A DNA stretch of 64,000 nucleotides from Oopsacas minuta (Eukaryota; Animalia; Porifera): assembly GCA_024704765.1 (NCBI GenBank), contig JAKMXF010000111.1:124001-188000 (forward strand), read 5' to 3'. How positions within the stretch are numbered: position 1 is the stretch's first letter; each line of letters begins with the position of its first letter. The notes under the pieces are model-generated. The model was not told the DNA's origin. It saw only the letters and a program-made list of their open reading frames with translations, and did not search any database. This document shows, piece by piece, positions 57,053 to 64,000 of the stretch. The position numbers were made by a program, and so were the translations under genes.

Positions 57053-60000
57053 ATGACTCACTACGTATCATCCCGTATGTCAGCTAGACCAGGAGGAAAA
57101 CCCCAAAAACGTAATATAATACTATCAGTTGAGACCTGGAAACCTGCGCAAACAGTGACGCAAGATCCATCACAAGTTCTGGGACTCCATAAGGCAGCTT
57201 TCCATGGAGATGCTAACCTATTCATGCATATAGTGAGTGTAGAGGGATTACATATGATAAATCAACAGGATCAGTTTGGTATACCGCCTTTGATATATGC
57301 TACACTCAGTGATAATCCTAGTTGTATTGAAAGGTTACAGGAATTAGGTGAGCTAATTTACTACGTCAGCAGGGGGTATGAAGCGGGCGGCTGGTGACCT
57401 TATACAGAAAAATGGGCTTTCCTTCTTTCATTGAAGAGAATCAAATTCTCCTAAAGCTAAACTTGTCCGTTCTGTTTCGTAATATAGGGACACTAAACAA
57501 TTTTCCAGATTCATCACAATCTCATAGTGCTTTCAACTCTCACGATTTAAGGTCTACGAATACTGCAGAATTCCTGGTTATTTCATAGAATACTGATACT
57601 AAATTCCCCATCTCACGATTCTATCGTGAGATTTTGACGAATCTCACGATTTTTAAGATTTCCAGGTTGAGAGCCGTGCTCTTATCACTGTGACAAAATG
57701 GTCACCCATTACATGAGTTACTGACTGCCTGACCAGCCTGGGTCTGATACCTCAGTACTTGAATTTAGGTTTGGCCAATTTTCAAAACAGGATTCTTATT
57801 AATACATAGCTTAGTGTGTTCATTACAATTTTGACACCTTTTTACTTGGCTGTGAAACATGTATATACATTTGCACGTCTTCCGCAATGTTCATATACGT
57901 ACCCGTGTTTAAGCGTATTATAATGGCTTATGGGAACACACTACTAGTACTCCTGCCTTGTGAATTTCATTTATAATCCGGGTACTGTAACACCAATATC
58001 CGAATTAAGAAGTGAAAATTCATTAGCGGTTCCCAACCTGGGGTCCCATAGTGGTTAACAGACGACAGCACGGGGTCCACATAATGTGTTAATTTGGTGA
58101 AGGGAGTTTAATGGTGAAAACGGTGTGAACTATAGTCTGATAGCTTATGAGAAGGATGTGAAATTCTCATTATCAGGATATAACAACTAAAAATGAATGA
58201 AATTCGGTATGCACCATTTGATAACAGCTGTTTTACTATTCCTAGGTGCTAAAAAGGAAGTGAAAGATCTCTACGGACGTACATCAGTTCACTACGCAGC
58301 CTTCTTTAACAAATTAAAATCTCTCAAATATTTGTTACAAACAGCTTCAGATTGGTCATGTATTGATGCATTTGGTAGAACTCCAATTCACTGGAGCTGT
58401 GCGAACAACTCAGTGAAAGCTCTTAAACAACTATTAAATTATGCGAATTCTGTGTTAGGTCAGACTGAGTATATTGATTTTGAAGGGACTACTCCTGTAT
58501 TCGTAGCTGTACAGTATTCTCATGCTCAGCATATTGAGTTATTAACTAGAGAAGGTGAGTTCAAGATTTAAATCTGAGGCAAAATTATGTGTAATTTACT
58601 TTACTTAATTGATAAAGGTGTCCCCTTTTATGTCCTTAGTATCATATTTGTATAATTCCAGAACTAGATATAAGCTGGCATTTCGAAATATCCGTGTCCA
58701 ATAACATGAGAGTTGACTGAATTTGAATTATTTTCGAATTATCTTTTATAGAGACTATGGATAAGAGATATTTCTATGTATTTGAATTTCCATCATTCAT
58801 ACAATGACACTGACATTGGCACTTGGTTTCGCTGCTAATACGTATTTACAAAAATCACCATTTTAGGTCATAACCTCTTACAAGAAGACATACAAGGTAA
58901 AACAGCATTTCACTGGACAGTAGACAACCCCAGCACTGACTGTATAGATGCATTACTTTCCTCACAACCTGATCTACTTAACGAACAAGATGGAGAAGGT
59001 AAAACACTTCTCCATATAGCATGCGAATACAAACTTTCCCATATAGTATTTTACCTATTACATCAAGATGGGTTATTGATTGATGCGAGGGATTTATCCA
59101 GTCGTTCTTCACTTCATTATGCGGCTATTTCCGGCTCAGCTGTCCTCGTAGAAGCGTTGCTATCACGAAAAGCTTTAGATTCCATTTTCGATATGGAAGG
59201 TTTGACTCCATTACATTACGCTGTACAGCAACAACATGTTGAATGCGTACGTGTGTTTTTGCTACAGAATTCGCCAAGCCATTTACCCGACCATGATTTT
59301 AGGACGCCATTAATGTATGCCTCTGTATTAGACAATATCGCCATAGTAAATGCGTTGTTAAATCACCCCGAGGTTAGAATACATATAAACGCGATTGATA
59401 AGCAAGAAAATTCCAGTCTCCTAAACACGCTCCTAGCAACGCAATCGATCGAAACTATGCGTATACTTCTAAAATCAGGTGCCGACGCTAATATCATAAA
59501 TGCAACAGGTTATAATGCCTTACACATCTGCTGTCAAACAAATAATGTAGAAATTGCTATACTATTAATTGATTCGGGTGCTTCAATATTAATACCGGAT
59601 AAAAATGAAAAACTTCCACCGTTACATATGGCAGTTCGGCATTCCAGTTTTGATGTTGTAGCTTTGTTGGCTGTGCAACCGCTATGTGTTAATCTGGTGA
59701 CGCAGGATGGGTTGAATGCGTTACATTTCGCAGCACAATTAGGTGAGGTTACCCTCGTTGAAATTCTATTAAATTCTCCGTTGAAATCGAGTTTATTAAA
59801 TGCAGTTGACGCAGCAGGGCTTGCACCAATACACCATGCTGTCTTGAAAGGAAACGCGCCTGTTGTCAAGGTTTTATGTGCATATGGTGCGTATTTATAC
59901 TTACAATTAATTGAGTTCGATTTTGACACATGTCTTGATTTGGCTGTTTATAACAAACAAGTTGAAATCGTTGATGTATTGAAGAGGTATAATGCACTTA

Positions 60001-61385
60001 CGACTTTCGAAATTCGAACAAAAGCCGCGGTTATTATTCAAAGTTATCTACGTTGTCATTTAGCGAAATTACAATTCGCGAATTTGAAAATTTCATCAAG
60101 AGCTGCTACAGTCATTTCGGCAAATTTCAGATCGTTTCAAACACGTTTATATTATCGAAATTTAAAACGTCAACATTTATACGCAACGAAAATTCAAGCC
60201 TTTTTTCGCGGGTTTCAGCAGCGTAAACGATTTGTGCAGGATCTCGCAAACTTTCGCGCTGTAAGAACACATAACAATTACATTGATTGCATAAACAGGC
60301 TTTATTTAAAAGGTATTCGCGAAAATACAATCAAAACATTTACTATAAAAGATTTGGACTTCACTGATGCTTTGTACATAAGCCCATGGCGAAGTTCGTT
60401 GCGTGAAAAACGTCAGGAAACAGTCGAAGATCGCATCAGACGTTTGGAAAATGAACAACGAATGCGACTTGAAAATGCATTACAACTCCGTAGACAATTG
60501 GAAAATCAAAAATCCGGTTGGTTTGTATTCTTAGAATCTGAAACGAAGCGGAGAGAAGAAAAATACAAACTCAATGAACGTGACCGAAATCTCAAAATTA
60601 TCAAGGATAGTAAATTGCGAAGAATGGCGATTATTGAAAAATATACACTTACTCGATCATTGCAAAATAAAATTTATTCCGCGATCGTTATACAAAGAGC
60701 TTTTCGTTTATGGAAACGTTTGAAATATGTTAAAAAGCGCAGAAATATTGAAGAAGCGAGGCATTTAAAATCGCAAGAAAAATCTGCCCGTGTCATACAA
60801 AAACATTGGCGTTTTCACCAATACTGTTTACTGCAGCGTGAAATCAAGGAAACAGCAGAAGTACTAGATACTAACATTGATTTTCCATTCGCGGTTTTTG
60901 GCACACACCCGCATCAACCAGTGTCCTCAACTTTTACCAAATCTAAATCATACCAAGCAGACACACTCCTTACATTGAAGCCTAAGCGAAAGATATTAAT
61001 GCCTCCAACTCGTGACGTACTCATTGAAGCGAAAAAGGATTTATTAACGATTTCACTACCAGAGCGTGGTATAAGAGCTTTGAAGGAAATCTCTCAAGCA
61101 GATAAATCTAATTCAGTAGTTAATCTACCAGTTTTAGACGCAGAAATTCCTATTTGTAATTTGAAACGACGAGTTTCCTATCCAAAAATCGATCATTCAT
61201 CTACTGAAAATTTCCAATTATTATTTTCTTCGTATGAAAAATCCACAGGCAAAACTGGATCACGAAAATCTAATAATCCTGTATTGCCAAATTTGAATCT
61301 TGAGAATTCAATCAATGAGCCATCACCCATTCTACCTGCTTCTAGGTCATCCATAACGTCTTTACCTCCGATTTTACAAAAATGA
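57053..61385 (+). CDS. INVS: Inversin-like protein (about 16 ankyrin repeats followed by IQ motifs)
   Basis: Exons 57053-57347, 58246-58554, 58867-61385 join in frame. QDQFGIPPLIYATL, QEDIQGKTAFHW and NEQDGEGKTLLHIAC, then LDLAV...ALTTFEIRTKAAVIIQSYLR and further IQxxxR motifs, match inversin architecture. An upstream exon is possible (acceptor at 57030). Confidence 0.75.
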
Positions 61386-62070
61386 TAACTTTTTGGAACT
61401 TTTCACTTATTATTTATTTTGTACCCATTTATTTTTTTATGAATTACTTTGTTATTTTGCGTAGAGAAGTAGTTCTATATTGGCATAGAAACTGTGCGAC
61501 GTCATATGTCGTCCAAAAGAAGTCCTGTGAAATCTAGCGACTCGGCTCGATTTCTATGAAAATATGTACATTTTGGGTTCTAGATATGGAATTCTGTTTG
61601 AAATTGTCAAAATTATTCATAATGATAAATTCATTGTATTTTTAACGAGGAGTGTTCCTTACAATAAAGCAGCTAAGCAAAGGAGGTTACTTTCGGGCTT
61701 CCTCATGCACAGGGGCGACGGAAACAATCAGGCCAGTCAGGCCATGGCCTGGCCACTTAATAATAGATCAAGCCATTGGCCTGACCGCCACTTAACACCT
61801 TCTGCCGCCCTTGATGCATATGACCAATGGCAAATCCAGGAATGTTCAAATGGTGGAAACTGGAAGGGGGCTTATCATGAGTTTTGCGAGGACTTTATGG
61901 GTGTCTGGGGGTGATTTCTAGAACTTACACACAATAATACAAAATGGCCCTGTGGATCCGCCACTGATATGAGGGATTCCTAGGTAACACTGTAGCTACT
62001 TAAGTGATCCACATTTCCAAATGTTAGTGAATCTCTTCACTATACACCTAACTCTATTCAATTGTTTAGC

Positions 62071-63393
62071 ATGTATACACTTATCCGTCCAGGTGTATTC
62101 AGGCAAATACCCAGCATTCAAATTCACAAGCAATTCATCCGTAGACGTAGAAAATACATGGGATTCGACCTACCCACAGAATCTGTAGATCCAACTAATA
62201 TGATCCATGAGCCGTTTGGCCGTAACCAAAAGCAAATACTTCGTCCTACAAAATACTCAGAAATCCAACTTTGGATGTTGAATTCCTACCATGAGCCCTT
62301 GTTGGTCGCTCCTTTGTCTCAAAGACAATTAATTGGCATTTCTGGTGATGGAGCAAATGCGTTACTAAATGGATTGATAACAAATGACCTGAATAGTTTA
62401 GAAAAAGAGCGAATTATTTTCACCTACGCTTTGAACGCGAAAGGTCGCATTCTTTTCGAAATGTTAATATACCGTTTCGAAGAAATCGCGAAAGTTCTCG
62501 ACACGAACACTCGTCAAAGATTTGCGGGCACAGATGAGAACTATGTAATTGAATGCGATCACCGAACAGCACCCGATCTTATAAAACACATACGTACATT
62601 TATGCTACGTAGAAAGATCAATTTTATTCCATTAACAGACGTGAATTTATTCCATATATACCCAACACCATTTGAAGAAGAAGACAAGAGAGTTTACCAG
62701 GCATTCACCGACCCTAGAAATTCATTTTTGGGTTCTCGATTAGTTATCCCAAAAACCTTTGACGTCAAACACTATACACAAGATTTGATATACGTTTCGA
62801 ACTTATGTTATCGTGATTATCTAAACCATCACGCTATACCTGAAGGTCCATTAGATATTACACCTGGCAAATATTACCCATTGGAGTTCTCCGGTGATCT
62901 AATGAACGGTATAAGCTTCACAAAAGGTTGTTACCTCGGCCAAGAGTTGACCACACGTACATACTACACTGGACGTATTCGTAAAAGATTGCTCGCGTTG
63001 CGATGGTCTATCTTTAGTGAACCACTTGTAGTAGAACCAGGTTATGAAATCGTAGACTGTATGGACCTGAATTATAAAAAAGTTGGCAAAGTAATAAATT
63101 TTCATAACCTCTTATCTTCCGGAATTGGCCTTGTTGATTATTATACAATGCGGGTATATCCACGTATACCTGCCATACGAATTCCTCCGAAAAAGTTCGA
63201 GCAAGTTGTAATGCATCCGCCGTTCTGGTGGACAGTAGAACAACAAGAGATTTTTAATGACGACGAGGATAAGGTGTATAAGCGAACAGACTCGTGTTAT
63301 AACAAAAAGATGGATAAAGCTGATCAAGATAGAATTTATAAAGATATGCAAGAAGAGTATGTTGATCGTGGGATTGATCAAGCTATGATATAA
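62071..63393 (+). CDS. IBA57: Mitochondrial Fe-S assembly factor IBA57/CAF17 (YgfZ/GcvT family), intronless
   Basis: ISGDGANALLNGLITND, LNAKGRILFE, DPRNSFLGSR and the signature SFTKGCYLGQELTTRTYYTGRIRKRL. Confidence 0.92.
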   Translation: MYTLIRPGVFRQIPSIQIHKQFIRRRRKYMGFDLPTESVDPTNMIHEPFGRNQKQILRPTKYSEIQLWMLNSYHEPLLVAPLSQRQLIGISGDGANALLNGLITNDLNSLEKERIIFTYALNAKGRILFEMLIYRFEEIAKVLDTNTRQRFAGTDENYVIECDHRTAPDLIKHIRTFMLRRKINFIPLTDVNLFHIYPTPFEEEDKRVYQAFTDPRNSFLGSRLVIPKTFDVKHYTQDLIYVSNLCYRDYLNHHAIPEGPLDITPGKYYPLEFSGDLMNGISFTKGCYLGQELTTRTYYTGRIRKRLLALRWSIFSEPLVVEPGYEIVDCMDLNYKKVGKVINFHNLLSSGIGLVDYYTMRVYPRIPAIRIPPKKFEQVVMHPPFWWTVEQQEIFNDDEDKVYKRTDSCYNKKMDKADQDRIYKDMQEEYVDRGIDQAMI

Positions 63394-64000
63394 ATTGTGT
63401 AATTGCGTATTTTGCATTCATTAGGCTACCAATTTTCGAATTTAGCCTTTCAGTGTTGATTTCGTGGATTAGTGAAGAAGGTCCAAATTATACCTTCAGA
63501 ATGCTATTTTTTCTGATCTGTACTTTAACGAATTTTTAGCAATACCTTCTACCCATGTTTACACTTTTTTTGAAATTCAAAAGTCCCAAATTTCCCCGGC
63601 CAGGATGGGTAAACTCTCACAAATTCTCACTCAATTAAAGCCTAATTACACTATAGTGTAGTTTGCACAGTAAATATCATAATCATTTATTACGCCACTC
63701 CCTCGCTGGGTGTAACTTATTACCACTTAGAATAATTGGCGTATAATTTTCTTCTACTCTCTATAAGCACGTTAGCTGAGTTGGTGAGTGGAAGGTTACT
63801 AAAATAGTAATTACTATCAGATTTCCATAAGACGTCTATTATGTATATAATATTATTACAAAAATCAGCATAAGTAATAGAAGCACCAATATTACTTAAT
63901 ATACTACGTCCTCATCGAAAGAAGTATTAAACAACTTAGATTAGCTGTTTCCAACCTGGATTCATGAACCCCTTGGTGTTCTACGGACGATAGCAGGGGG

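Noticed and set aside
324-61385. Functional ciliary/polarity cluster (DNAH7, LGN-like, inversin-like)
   Set aside because: The genes are tens of kb apart and separated by unrelated genes; chance co-occurrence in a compact genome is sufficient.

Overview
AT-rich, intron-containing, gene-dense eukaryotic DNA with animal-type genes. My impression from gene style and content is a sponge, possibly a hexactinellid glass sponge such as Oopsacas; this is an inference, not a database result. Left to right: 5' part of an axonemal dynein heavy chain (DNAH7-like), a 26/29-kDa-type cathepsin, a very short CtIP/Sae2, an ELM2-SANT-C2H2 (TRERF1/MIDEAS-like) gene, LHPP, an AT-hook/C2H2 protein, and an LGN/GPSM-like TPR gene with a nested degenerate bZIP-like ORF. 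A 17-kb tandem-duplication zone follows (30.3-47.0 kb). It holds five intronless cytosolic-type sulfotransferases and at least seven related secreted, probably GPI-anchored genes: CAP/SCP-domain proteins, several with His/Asp/Gly-rich tails, plus one CAP-less HX-repeat protein resembling the glass-sponge silicification protein glassin. After that come an 831-aa Thr-rich mucin-like protein with six copies of an unrecognised 4-Cys module, an inversin-like ankyrin/IQ gene and IBA57. Several MITE families are scattered, mostly in introns. The most interesting signal is the CAP/His-rich-tail cluster, which shows tail swapping, loss of CAP cleft residues, pseudogenisation and a repeat-associated frameshift; it is a candidate surface-tethered biomineralisation or metal-binding system. 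Splice junctions were placed by hand from GT-AG signals and protein continuity; no alignments or database searches were run.
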